DNA of 57,254 nt, the filler included, from Sphacelaria rigidula (lineage: Eukaryota), in NCBI GenBank assembly GCA_964200075.2. It is 5 parts of 5 records of this genome, joined end to end, with 100 filler letters (N's around TTAATTAATTAA, not from the genome) between each part and the next. Parts side by side here need not be neighbours in the genome. Positions count along the whole stretch, not along the records: positions 34,416 to 45,785 come from CAXNAA020005008.1; positions 45,886 to 57,254 come from CAXNAA020005009.1; 3 more parts are not named here. One strand, given 5' to 3'. Below, piece by piece: positions 36,600 through 49,900 of this stretch. Positions within the stretch are counted from its first letter, which is position 1; every line of letters starts with the position of its first letter. Below the pieces are notes generated by a model. That model was not told the DNA's origin and made no database searches. It saw only the letters and a program-made list of their open reading frames with translations. The position numbers and the translations under genes are program-made.

Positions 36600-39020
36600 G
36601 CTTGGGTTGCCTTGTCGAGGCTTCTTTCTAGGAAGTGCAGTGTCGCGGCGATGTCCTCCTTCGGTTTGTGGCGCAACTGGTCGATTGTGATGTGTTCAAC
36701 CATGAAGAGCTTCTCAAGAGCAGTCGCTCTAGACAAGGCTACGTAAGGAGCCCGCTCGTCCATCAGTCCATCCATGGGCTGTTTCATGTGCAGCAGCAAC
36801 GTCTCAATTGGTTCACCCTAGGTGGAACAAAACACAACGATAGTACACGGCACTCAAAGGAAGAAAGGTGCACGTAAACGGAACGCGCAACGAGATGTGG
36901 CAGTAGATGTGGAAGGCAAAGAACAGGCGTTCTAGTTACACGAAGTATTACCTGAGCCCGATAGACGGAAGAAAGGTGACCCGGCAGGAGGGGCAACTGC
37001 GTGCGTTTGAAAGCGTAGAGTTTGTCGTGCAGCCCCTCAATCTCGAACGTACGGGTCTCCACGCCTACAGCTATCTCGCCACGTTTGAAGGGAGTCATAT
37101 TATGGAGATCGGCGTCAAAGGCGGACTTAATAAAGGCGACGACACGACTCGGAGGGTACACTAGGTGCACCACACGGTGACCTACTGAAGGGCACGGGTC
37201 GACGACCTCGCGAGGGTCGAGGTCGACGCTGACGATGGTACCTGGAGGCAAGGGAGACCGCCAGATAACTTGTCATGGGTACGTCTATCATGATACCACG
37301 GCTGAACCCCGGGTGGGTCAGTTAAAGTGCGGCAATCAATCAAAGTGCGACAATCATACCCTCCAGAAACAAACGAAACAAAACAACTGCGTTCCATGCG
37401 GTGGACAGGATTTTTCTCAGTGTACATTGTGCGAGCGAGCCAAACAACCAGTCTTACCATCAGAATTGTTGCATACACCGACGGCGACAAGTTGCCTTGT
37501 TGGTTTGGACACAACGACGGGCAGCCCGACGCCAAGGCACACCAATCTGGGCAGATGCGCTGTTTTGCTTTCCTCCAACTGCTCTATGCCTTCTCGCAAA
37601 CCGTTTGGCCATCCCTTGCCTACCGTATGAGGCGGCGAGCGAGACATTTGGGACAGACGAAGGTAGTAGAGAATTGAAGACGTTTGCGTGTGGAAAGTGA
37701 TGGCAATGAGAAGAGAGTTAAAGAAACAGGGAAGTACGAGTAGTCGTGCGTACCTGTTTCGGGCGTCCCTTATATCCTGAGCCGGTGAACAGATCTAGGG
37801 CCTTGGTGACGTAGAAGACAGTACCCCGAGCTTCACAGAGAGAGCGAGTAGTGGGCATGGTCAGGGCGTGCGTCACCTGTGCGCAGGGGTATGAAGAATG
37901 TGCATAATATCAGGCGTCCTGCGAGAGTTGGCCCCAAATAAACAAGCAAAGATGTGTGTTCGTTCTAAAAATACAAAACCACAAGACCGAGAAGGATACC
38001 TTGTAACGGAATGTAATTGTCTGAGCCATCCAACAAGCGTTCATCCCGAGGGAGCCGTTCTGCAGGTTGACAGGGCCGCCGATAACCCAAGCGTTGATCT
38101 TGTCCAAGTCGTCCAATGTGTACTCTCCGTGCAAGAGAACCTGTTGTTGGTCTCATCCAGTACGACCGAAGCATTTGCCGCCATAACGTTTGCACGGCCG
38201 ATACGCTGAGTGTTGGTTAGGTCGTTCAATCGTGCAGCGTTTGCAGCGCCGTATGAAACGGACTTGGCGCCGACGGGTTCCAGCTTCACCATACGAAAAG
38301 AAACGTCAACAAAAGAAAGAAAAAGGCGAGGACGCGAAGGAGGTGTGCACGAGAAGTTGCGGGCGCAGCTGTCAAACGAATAATGGAAAGCAAGTTGCGT
38401 ATCTGTGTGTTCGCGCTGAACCAAGACGAAGATCTATGGCATTGAATAAGCACATACCTGGTTGAGGTCACCGAAGGTGACGCAAATAAAGCCGGCGTGG
38501 GGAAGGCTGACTCCAGAGGGCCTGACGGACGCCGCTACCTCCTGCATTTTCCCTAGGCGGTTGCAGCTGATCATCGAGATTTACTTCATGGCGATGGCAC
38601 CGTCCTTGAATTGAGCCCATCGCTGTGTTTTCCTCACCGACAGACCGACCTGGCTCACGGTGTTGTCCATCATCCCGTTCTGGTGCGTACCAATGTCACA
38701 AACGAAGTGTACGAACGACCCTCCTACGCTGGCGGCTTGCTTGCCCCGAAATGCCACGGTCAACAAGCCCCCAAGTTCCACAACACTTTGCAGTATAGTG
38801 CAGTGGATCAGGCTATCGATGGCCGCCGAAACGTAGCTTTTGCCCGAGCCCGCACCCCCGCTCACGTGCAGATGCAAGACATTCGGGTTTGGATAGCCGT
38901 TTCTCGCCATCCAAGCGTTGCCGAAGATGAAAAATGCCAGCCGCTGCTTTCTGTTGAGACCAATTTCTTTGGCAATGCGGTTGACCGCATCATGCTGGTA
39001 TACAGAAGCCCGGCCGACGT
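36600..39020 (-). pseudogene. Helitron PIF1-family SF1B helicase region
   Basis: LNRKQRLAF, Walker A GGAGSGKS (about 38836-38862), FGDLNQ, RTQLPL, YVALSRAT. Confidence 0.88.
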
Positions 39021-41274
39021 CGGTAGCGGCAACGCGTTCGTTGTTAGCCCTTCTTCTGTCGTTGAGCTTGTAATTGGCCTCTTCCGTAGATCTGGACTGG
39101 GACTTCCTCCGGAGATAACGGATGTAGGGATCCATTTCGGCGGGGTTGTAAGAGGTGGGGTAATTAACAGGTGTATCATCTGGCTCGGCGGCGCATGCGC
39201 TGGCATCGGATTGTTCGAGCTTTGCCGCAAAATCTGTCATGAATTTGTGAGCTGCAATCTCGTCCTGGCCCTGACGCACCTCCGCCTCGTCGGCTTCGAG
39301 TTGGTCGGGTGTGCGGCCACTCGACAAAATCGGCGGGTGTAGGCCGGAGGTATCGCAAGTGCAGGGGATATCGTCAAATCTGAAACCGGCAGCACGCACG
39401 CTGTCTAGCACACCGTTGACGTACGCGGAAACATTGTGAGCGTTTCTCGCAGGCGGCAACACGTTGTTGCCAGTCGTGTCGTCATCGTCGCGAGCCAAGT
39501 TAAACAAATCCCCGTTCACTTCGTACGCACCGGCTTCGCCTCTTTCTCGTGCCGCCAGAAGGTCCGCGCCCCGCCGCGCCTTTTCCTCAGCAGCGGCTAG
39601 GTATTGCGTCAGCATCGCGCGAACATTCGATCTCATAGAGATTGAGTCAGGGTCCCACTGGTTGGAATCCTCGGTCCGCTGAAGAGCGTCCGCCCATGAC
39701 GTGTCCTCCGGCGGACGAAGATCGTCGATTGCAAACATGGGCTTGAACAGACAAAGCATAAGCTGGGCATACTGCTCTGGCCTAGTATTTTGTCTTGGAA
39801 AATCACGGTTGATGTTGATCAAGACCGATTTGTCGCGGGTTGCCTGAGATGGCACCATGAGGGAGAGAAGGAGAGGTTAACCATTTTGTCGATGAGAGTG
39901 CGATACCGCGTAGCGAAGAAGAAAATATATATGATGACACAAACGCTGACAAGTAACGAGGGCAACCAGGAACAATCCAGAAGACAAGTACCGACAACCA
40001 TTGTACCTGTAGTTTGTTGATTTTAGGAAGACCCACAAAGTCGTGGCGATCGGAGGGTTTGCGACCCCGTCTTGCTGCGGCAGCAGCCCCGGAGGCACCG
40101 GTGTTGTAGCAGTGTTCAATATTATCTCCGTCCGACTCGCCGTCGTTTGTGGCATCTTCGCGGATTTTTTTCGCAGGCGTCTTGGATGGCCTCGTGGATC
40201 CTTGAGACGTGGTCTCGACTCGAACTCGCGTCCATACGACGTAGCACATGTGGTAGGAAGCGTGGTCGGTGTCATCCTTGTGGCACCGCCTGAAGTACAG
40301 ATGATGCAAACATGTTGATAATCTGAGCTTCCCAGTGGCGCTGCTGAAGAAGATATGGACCCCACCACCGTCGCCACCGTCGTCGTCATCGCTGTCGTGC
40401 TTGTCGTCCTGGGCTTCTTTCTCCTCGTCTACAGAATCCGCAGGCGACGCAGGTGAAGGGGCCGGATCACCAAAGGCAGCTGATGCTTGCCTGAGCAATG
40501 GCCACACGGGGCAGTCTACGACCTCTGATGAACACTTGGCATCGGTATGCTCTAACACTTTGCTCGCTGCGGAAGGCCCCCCAAGGCTCATGTGGGCGAC
40601 CGTCTTGCAGGAGCACGACCTAACCAATGCCGCTGCGATGACTTTGTCTGTTGCACCGTTTGCCTCGTCCTTTATACGCTCGACCACCGGAGCCAAGATG
40701 TTCAGCAGCGCATCCATGGTGGATTCCGTTTTTGTCGCATAGTTCAGAATTTATGATAACGCCCCTCTCGCATCGCTGTCTCGCAAAAGCACTCGTATGT
40801 ACATGTTCGACCTGGTACAGTACTGGATGATGGGGTTGTAGCTGTTGACCATCGGTTGCTCGCGACGATGGTGGCTAGTGAACCGCTCTGCGACGGTGGC
40901 GAAGTCCTTCTTCCCGCTCGAAACCTCTGCCACGTCCCTGTCGAACTGCAACCTCACTTCTTCCTCAAGTTTCTCGGCGGCACTGGCGGCAGTAACAGCT
41001 GCGGCGCAGTCTGACGCAGGGTACAACACATCTCCGACCATGCTGTCGCCGTTGGGAAATATCGTCCGGAATCCGCGTTGAACAGAAGTCCTGTTGAGAA
41101 GGGATTTTCCACCGTTATCAAACCCAAATCTTGCGAGAAGCAATGGGCGTATTGGGAAGCAATGGTGCAAAGGTATGGGGCTTTTAGCATAATCGCAAAA
41201 TAAGTGACAGTGTGTAGGCGTGGTGAGCGAAATTTTTGACAACGAATCAGTATCGCGGCCGCAAAACATATGCG

Positions 41275-43900
41275 TCAGAATGGCACATATCTGTATGATT
41301 TGGCATGGCCATGCTTATGAGATGTGAAGGTACATCTGTGGGTGTTGGCCGTGGCGATGATATTCGCGAGATCCGCGTGGAACTCGCCAAGGTACTTGTC
41401 TGCGGTGGCAACGTCCGCGTCAACCCTGGGCGGGGGGCAGAAAACAGAGGGTGGCGGTACGGCGATGCACTCGGTAGCTGGGCGCTCGACCGGATCATTG
41501 GGAGGGGGCACGTGATCACTGTCTACACCCGACGGTTCTGCGCCTCCCCGCATAGCATCTTGAACATCCTCCGGCGATGCAATTTGGGAGAAGATGGTGC
41601 GGCTCAACAAGCTGGCGAGTTCTTGGTAGCTTCCCGCATTTTTGTCCATCGTCTCTCTCAAGCTCGAAAAATCGTTGTATCCAACAGACCAAATGGGAAG
41701 GTGGCAATGGAGAGTTAACCGTTTCTGCTCTTCTGTCATACCTGTGACAATAACCGAGTTATGTGTCAAACGTGTGCGATGTTGCCTGTGATTACAGATA
41801 AATCGAATGTCATTTAGTGTATTCATTTCTGTGTTGGGAACGAGGTCCACCCGTCTTTTACTGATGTACATGTGTTACCCAAATGTGTGAACGTCCCAAA
41901 TGGCGATGGTCTAGTGACTACTCACCGACGAACGCCTTGATTCGTCCCAGCACCCCCCCATCCGAGTCCTTCGCATCGTAGCGCAGAAGGGCGGTCATGA
42001 CAGCGTCAATTGTGACGTGGAGAAAATCTGCCGATGCCACTGGGTAGTCGGCGATTCGTTGCAGTCTCTCTACATGCGATGGCAAGTCTCCGTTTAACCT
42101 GCTGCAGACGTCCAGGTCCACACCCTCGAGCTTCATGACAATTGGCGACGTTTTGTCGTTGGGGTTTACGGTCAACCACCTGTGCGTCGATCGCGCACAA
42201 CTGTTAGCGTCATCGAACAGGTCGCCAATGAATGTAGTTTGATGTCGTGTACATCCGGATGCCCGTGAGCGAGAGAGATAGAACTGACACAACTACCTAT
42301 CCAGGACCAATCCACGATCTAATGCAAACAAACCAACCAGTCCAACCGACACGAAACGTCACGTACCACAAGGATTGTGCTAGACACATCTGCATCGAGA
42401 TCACCTTGAGTCGTAGAGCTCTCTTGTTGAAAATGGTCCAGCTTGCACGACTGTTTTTCAGATTGCATAGTCTTGATCAGCTTCCGTGCCGCGGGACGAG
42501 TAGCAAGAGCTGCGATAGCCGAAGACCCGCTCTCCATCTCTCGCGCGGCTTCACGTAGATCGTCGCCGGTAATTCCGGCGAGCGTGCGAGCCACCCCGCG
42601 CGAAACCCTGCCCGTGAGTTTCCAGTACGAATTGGAAATGGCCTCTCTTCGGAAGAGAATGGCCGCCAAACACAACACGAAAGTCCGACTCTTGCGGAAA
42701 CGCGAATCGCGCCGGCGCAAGAGAATGCGAGCCCATTTCGCGAAGGAGAGATGCCGTGGGCGTCTGTCCAACGGTCCGCCCACGGCGTGCAGGAAGAGAT
42801 GGAAGTATGCCGCGATCATTGTGCCTGGCTCATAGAAGTCCTCCACCATCCTGCCAGTGTGGGGGATTACGACCTTGTTTTCGTTTGCTGCGGAGGTGCC
42901 CGGCGACCCTTGGCCGCCGCAGTTGCCGCGGCCCTCTCCGCAAGGCTGGCATCAGGGAGAGGGCGCGGCATCGGTTGCAACGTCGCGCCGAGAGCCCTCA
43001 AGCGGTCTGGACTCCCCGCTGCAGAGATGTCGTCCCCCGACGGCATTACCCCAATGTTGTCGACGGCAAAAGCCGCATCTGCATCGGTATCGGTATCGGT
43101 ATCGTCGGCGTTGTCGTCAGCGGTCAACGGTAATTCAGCTTTGCGGTTGTCGGGAACGTATGTCGACCGAGCGTTTTGTCGCGACTTGCTAGGGTCCGAG
43201 GCTTCAATGACGGACTTTAGGATCGCCGGTGGAACCCCACCGTCCAGGGGAAACGTTTCAAGGTTCTCTGAAGACTCCTTCGCACGGTGGAACAGGGCAG
43301 GTTTACCTGCCAGACGGTTGTGAACGTCTCTCTGGAAGTCCATCAGCGCGACGATCCTGCCACGTCGGGCTCCAAAACGTTTTCTTAGTTGGGCGCGGGT
43401 TGGTCGATGGCCGACAAGGGCGACAGTCGTTGAGCCAGCTATGTCGGCGTCGCACGATGGCAGGGCGGCCTCGACGCCGAAAGCGTCCTGGAAAAAGAAA
43501 GTAAACGTGCCCCGCATCATTCGTTGTGCGCTGCGAGGGATGTTGCCAACCTTCAGCTTCTCTGAACTGAAAACCATACCGCTGGTTCGGCCGGGGCTAG
43601 CTGCAGCTAGCTCAACCCACGTCGAATCAGCGAGATGGTCAGGGAAGTCCCCAACCCACAGGCCGTTAACTAATGCTGCGAAAGACATGATATTCTTTGC
43701 TAAATCCCGTAGACATCTTTGCAGATTCGAAGCTCGTGAGGAGTTTCAGAGTCGAATCCTTGTTTGGCCAAAACGAGCCCGTCGAGGCAGTTCGTTGTGT
43801 CGCCGGGGTAGTCTGTGAAGGTCGTCATAATATCAAGGTGTGCTGTAAGACCCTCGCCCGCAGCCACGAGTACGATTGGGTATGCTGTCGGCCGACACCC
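41275..43900 (-). pseudogene. Helitron Rep region (DUF6570-like plus Helitron_like_N, HUH motif)
   Basis: ORFs 42867-43688, 42319-42849, 41918-42292 and 41275-41871; HUH motif LHCHL near 41700. Confidence 0.85.
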
Positions 43901-45785
43901 TGTGATGTGTGATGTCGATTCGAGGACACATGTAGTCACAAACCGCACCTGACGTACTGCGAGAAATAGATCCATCCGGTATGGGCAGAAACAACAGAGT
44001 GAAATAACGCTGCAAAGTTGTGGACCGAAAAAGGGAAGATATCGATTCTGTCAGAGTTTTGTAAGGGAAAATCTAGCAGAAAACTCCACCAAGCATGCCC
44101 CAGATCACCGCAGGCTTGTGATTCCTCTAGAAAACGACAGAGACGAACGGCGACCAGAGGGTAGCAATATTAGATCATGGATATGGAATGTTAACCCGGA
44201 GTATCGAACGCATAAAAATTCACCTGGGCATGTTGTCCGCGATGTGTTGTTGATAGTCCTCAACACACCTGAACAGAGTCCTTTCGCCAAGCACGTTCGC
44301 CGTCAACGGCGGGCAGTCCTGTCCGTCAAGTCTCCCCTCAGGGTGGTGGAACGCTAACACAGGCGTCTCGGGTGCGGTGGGAACGTAAGCGGAATTCCTG
44401 TGGTAAAGACAAAATTAGGGACATGCCAGGCACATCAGCTCATGCAATACCCTTGCGCGATCGGTACAGCAATGGCGCCAGTAATGGAATCGGCCTCTTA
44501 AACGCTGTACATCATTTGCCTTACTTGTTGGACGCTGCCGCATCATGTCGGCGTTTCTTCCTCTGGTTCTCTCTCGAACGCTCAGTTGCTGCCGCTGCCC
44601 GGGCAGCCTGAGCGAGCCTGTATGTGGACCAGGGGATAAACAAGGGAATGTGCTAGCATAAATGTCGCGAGTCGTTGTGTGTGAACCAAAATTAAAATAA
44701 AGTCATTAATATGAACAAGATATGGTTGGGAAGAAAAAAATCGAGGGTAAACGTGTGTATCAGGCACCTTTTTGCCTCCGCCTTTGCCGCCGTTGCTGCT
44801 TCAGCTTCTGCAGCTCTTGCCCTGCCAGCGCGCAAGGAGAAACCAACGCACACGAAACTAGAAGTCATCAGTGGCTGACTCTTGCGATGTATGTTTGATA
44901 GGAGGTGTAATCTCAATTGATGACGTCAAGCATTTATGTTTGGGACAAATGAAAAGAAGACAACGAGATCGTCTGGATATGCACCTGTTTGCCTTTTAGT
45001 TTCGCCTCCTTTGCCGCCATCCTATCTGCCACCTTCTCTGCCTTTGATGCTGCAAAAAAAGTCCTGCGAAAATAGAAGACCATTCGAACACACACCAATC
45101 GAAGGTCGAGACGTAGATAATGCAGTGTGCGTGTTGTATCAAAGTCGCAGGTTGCCCTCTAGTCTTCATGTTGTCTACCTCTTTGACTTCGCGTTTGCTT
45201 TTTTCGCCACCCTTTTCGCAGCTTCAGCCGCTGAAGCCCTTACCCTGCGAGCATTGAACAAAAACACCCGAACACACACGAACGGAAAAAGCCGCCGCGG
45301 TCCTGGCAATAGTGAAGTTTTTTTGTGTGCTTTGTACGTTCAATGAAAAAGACGCAGGTTGCCCGAGCTTGGGACAAAGAAAAACAGATGTAGATTAGAT
45401 GAAACGTTTTCCACCTCTTGGCTTTCTCTGCTGCCTCCTTTATCACCCTTTTGGCCGCTTCTGCGGCTGAAGCCTTTACCCTGCAAGCACACAACAAGAA
45501 CACATGAACAGACACGCGTGGAAGAGCCTGTTCAGCGGTCCCGACACCAATGATGTCGATTTGATATGCTGCGTACGTCTAATGATAAAATTGCAGGTTA
45601 CTGTAGTTTGCGATAAACGAAAACACACATGTGAAGGCTACATTATATGATGCTCACCCCTTGGCTTCCTGTGCAGCCTCCTTCCCCGCCGTCCTTGCTG
45701 CTGCAGCCTTTACCGAGCAATGCTACGGTAGGGGTGCACTTTTTTCGCGAAATTATGTCTGGTTCAGAGGCTCCTAACGATTCTA

Positions 45786-45885
45786 NNNNNNNNNNNNNNN
45801 NNNNNNNNNNNNNNNNNNNNNNNNNNNNNTTAATTAATTAANNNNNNNNNNNNNNNNNNNNNNNNNNNNNNNNNNNNNNNNNNNN
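45786..45885. other. Artificial contig linker
   Basis: N44-TTAATTAATTAA-N44. Confidence 0.97.
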
Positions 45886-46656
45886 TACGGTTCTCTGGTT
45901 TGTGGGGCTGTGGTGGGGTGCGCAGTGGTAACGCGAGGGGGCACACGAGGGGGGGGGGGGGGGGAAAGGTAGGTGGGAGAGTCCCCATTTCCTTGACAGG
46001 TAGCGGCTGTTCATGACCGCCATGTCGACCGTGGGTACGTATGTGAGGACTCGAAAAACAAGGGGGGGGGAGCATCGGAGGTTTCCAACAAACAACCCGC
46101 GAAGGACAAACACTGGGGGGTGGACGGTCGAGGGTTACCTCCAAGACAGAGAAGACGACAAGAGAGGCGAAACAGAACAGGTCATACGTACACGCACTAT
46201 GTAGCTCGCACAAACCACTGCGAAAACACCCGGCGAAGACGTCACCTTCGCGAACATGAGTGCACGGCAACAAAACTTTTTATTTCCTTCGCGCAGACGA
46301 TCTTTTACAGTTACGCACGAAAATCTGACGCATCATTTTACTACACTTCCATAACGGTGTTTTCGGTCATCTTTGTAGTGTTGTATGCCTGTTATTAGTC
46401 TACTTCACCGCAGGGGCCCCAAATGCTAAAAATATCTACCCATACTCAAAAATATTAGCTCACACCACAAAAGTATAAACCTTACGAGGGAAATGCATCG
46501 TGCTAATCGTATCGTCCAAGAAGCGTGGCGATTCGCGAGAAATTCGGCTAAAATCGTGTCTTTGCACTCGGAACTTATGTGGCAGAAGAAGAAAAATTCA
46601 ACACTACCGTAAATATGCAAGAAAAACAAAAGAGAAGAACGGGAAAAGAGACGCAC

Positions 46657-46920
46657 TTCTGGTACAGGCTGCCGCACAAGAACGGCCAACAACGCGCCCG
46701 TCGCCTGCCCGCCGTTACACGCGCCAAGCTTGTCGAACAGTTTGCGCGCAAGAGCACTTCTTTCCTCCCGATCGGCGCTGATTGCCGGGTCATTTTCCAT
46801 CGCCTCGTCTTCGTCTTCGCCGCTTGCCGATGCTAACGGGTGTGATGGCGAAGACGTGCGGTTGGGCGGCGGACCAAGTACCCTTGCAACGGCGTGGAGG
46901 GCGACTGCCTTCTCTTCCAC
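46657..46920 (-). CDS. PSMD5: PSMD5-like exon
   Basis: VEEKAVALHAVARVL...LARKLFDKLG...LLAVLVRQPVPE; CAG/GTGCGT. Confidence 0.75.
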
Positions 46921-49900
46921 CTGTGCAGTACACATCAGACAAAAGTGGGAAATGGCACTGGTGACACAGTTGCATGCAAAAGTCTGGGTAGACGATCAAC
47001 AAAATCCCACCACGTTTTTTTTTTTTCATAAGGACCACATCATCGCTGTAAACACGCACCAACAGAAATGGGGAACGAAACCGGAAAATAGTTCACAATT
47101 GGTAAGAAATGCAGGTTTTTCGACAAAATGATTATTTTTCCCCGGCCGCTCCTTACGGCAGATGAAGATAAAAATATGCAAAAGGGGAAAAGGCCCTTTG
47201 TGGAGCGTCGTTTTACTCCCGAAAAGGAGCTAGGCGGATTTCGACACCTCGGAATGCCTTGCTGTACTCGTTGAGACGGTTCCAGCACACCTGTGCATTT
47301 TTCCAGTGGCCGCAGTTTTCTTTCTTGCCCAAACTGACATTTTTCTTGGAGACCGGTCAAGTCCAGACAAATCCCGGAAATTTCTCTGGACTTGATCGGT
47401 CTCCGAGAAAAATGACCGGTCTCGGAGGAAAAGGTAAAGTTAGGCAAGGAAAAAACTGCTACTACCGGAAATACGCACAGGTGTGCTGGAACCATCTCAA
47501 CGAGTACAGCAAGGCATTCCCACTGTGTCAAGATCTGCTTAGCTCTGGTTTGGGGCAGAAAACGACGCAGAAGCTCCAACAAAACACTTTTTCCTATTTT
47601 TTATCCTTGTCTGCCATGAGGAGCGGCCTCAGGAACCAAAAAATACATTAATTGTAGCCATAAACATGCTCGCTGGTTACCAGGACACTTCTGCTGACCC
47701 CACAAACTGGTTTCGGTGGAAAGCGTGCGATGGAATCCTCACCGACAGAAGGCGACGGTTTCTATGCTATTATTGTCGGGTCCCATCGCCAGAAGACGTA
47801 ATGACGTGAGTTAGTCGACAGAGATGAAAACAAGCTGATGACACGCAGTCCACAGGCTGCGGCAGGGCATGTAACGGGGTAGAGATGACTTGATTCCTCG
47901 AGATGACGGGTTCGTTACAGGGAAGGGCAAAGATAAAAAGTAAACTTAGAAGGGGTGAGGGGCATTGATGGAGATATCGGCTGACTGCTTCTGAGCCCAC
48001 GGACTCATCCTGAGGTGACAGGGGACGGGGGGAGGCCACAAGTACGACAAAAAGCCCTGGAATTTACGGATGAGTTACGGAGCACTTGATAAGATTGTGT
48101 GCCGATAGGATTTGACAATGCCCCTTCAGCAACCATTGCGCAGGAAACTGTGAGTGAAGACGGACAGCAAACCTTCATGTTTCTTCTTATTCCGGTGAGG
48201 TTGACTCAACCACATGGACAGGCAGTACACCGCCCAACACCGGCCAAGCTCAAAACAACCAAAACAACTCATCGATGGATAAAAAATAAGGGAGGAAACA
48301 GCGTGCCACCCCGCGTGCCACCACTGCACACCATCCGGCATCTACTCACGGTCAAAATCACATCGGTTGCTCACGCGATCCGTGTTGGAGGTGAGGACCA
48401 CTTCGGCTTTGTGCAGAGCAGTACCGCCAAGTCACCGGTCCAAACTGCACTCCCTCGAATGGTAGATCAGCCCAAACACACATACACACACATGCACTTG
48501 ATAACCAAATCACGACGTGCACTAGCGAGGTGATGGACTAGCCAAGCACCCGGGGACCGACCAGCACAGCAACGGCTTCATCTCCGAATCCTCTCCGTCG
48601 CGACTAGCCGAAGGCGGCAATGAACGCAAGGGGCGGGGGTGACGGTCATCTGCTCTTGTAACGGCTGTCAGAAACTACTCTGCGCGCGCGAGAGAATGTG
48701 TCTCTGACGCTGACCGTCCGACCGGCGCACTGTGTTTGCCTTCAGGATCATCAGGTGGCGAGCCTTTTTTTCAGGCATACACGCCCACCGACGAAAAGCG
48801 TGCTTCGGCTTCTCACCCAGGCCATCTCGGCTTGTGAAGCCAGCACATGACAGCAGTCGCACGCAGGCAATGTCATCACGGACAAGGTGGCTGATGTGGG
48901 TCAAGTATCCTGAGCGCATGCCGCTGCTGCCATCGCATCATGCCGGGGGGCGACCTCCGGCCGTGAGCGGTGGTGCGTCAACAGACTGCTACTCTACTGC
49001 TGTAGCACTTCAGTATGGTTCAGTTCTCTGTGTTCGTAAGATGTTATACAAACAGGAGGCAGGGCCGTGCCTAGTGTGTTTCTACCGCGCACCGTATTGT
49101 GACCTGCACATGTACACACGATGAGTGCCACGCCGAACACACTGCTTCCTGATGATTCCTTGTAATGCCAGTTAATATCCGCTGACGACCGCTTTTGGAC
49201 GCAACTTTCGGGCGGTGGGCCGCGATTGCTCAACGGATACTGCGATAAATTGACAATGTTGAGTGCGATAAATTGACAATGTTGAGTGCGATAAGTTGGC
49301 GATATTTCGAAAATACCTATTCCCCCAGCGATGGTGCAGGGCCGACCGCACTAGGTCACTATCCAGTCGAGAGACCATTTTACATCATACGTTCATCACG
49401 GATGACGATAAAGCGGTAATATGTGTACCTACTACCGATACAAGTATCAATAATATACGTACCAATATACAGCTTCAGCGATCCAGCATGCGGGAGACGC
49501 AGAGTTTTGAATCGACCCATTGGACCAGGTGATAGATGATCCCCACTCGAAGACCGCACGGGGTGGGCCAGGTTTGTCCGTGCGCCGTTGATTCTTGAAG
49601 CCCGGTGTGGCTTGCAAATCAATCCCCCCTTTTTCAACCGGGATTTGCTTGTGACGGGTCATTGCCGCAGAACGGTTCAGAATATATTCACCAGTCAAGC
49701 CATGACCACAAAGGAAAAAAGCTTAAGCGTGCTTTCAGTAAACGCAAAAGCTTTGGGAAAGTGTACAACACTCAGTAAAGCTACACCCAGCTCAAAAAGA
49801 ACGACCTTCGCGGAAAAAAGGTTGAACGCATGTGAAGATGAGCGTTTCTTGGATTCCCAACATTCCTACCTCGACAGTGTCATCCGAGGTACGACGGCAG

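Larger units (their letters stand above)
35209..45715 (-). pseudogene. Spliced RepHel (Rep-PIF1 helicase) gene with C-terminal USP-like domain, disrupted
   Basis: Motifs in order: ALVNGLWVGDFPDHLADSTWVE; AYFHLFLHAVGG..DSRFRKSRTF; WLTVNPND; PVASADF; MTEEQKRLTLHCHLPIW; HVSGGAGSGKS; AFRGKQAASVGG; ISMIS; FGDLNQ; RTQLPL...SVYRAQ; PYVALSRAT. GT-AG introns e.g. 41742-41925 and 36103-36223. In-frame stops e.g. 38581 (Walker B reads K* instead of DE), 35902 and 35671, plus frameshifts. Confidence 0.88.
34485..45785 (-). mobile_element. Helitron rolling-circle transposon (decayed autonomous-type copy; ends approximate)
   Basis: Contains a spliced RepHel gene with DUF6570-like, Helitron_like_N/HUH Rep and PIF1 helicase motifs; fills nearly the whole contig. 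Confidence 0.88.

Noticed and set aside
38611-39342. Plus-strand ORFs overlapping the Helitron (e.g. 243 aa, also 42751-43323)
   Set aside because: Antisense shadows of the GC-rich minus-strand RepHel coding sequence.
49240-49293. Short direct repeats as a CRISPR-like array (also 9491-9535)
   Set aside because: Tandem copies without unique spacers, no cas genes, eukaryotic context.
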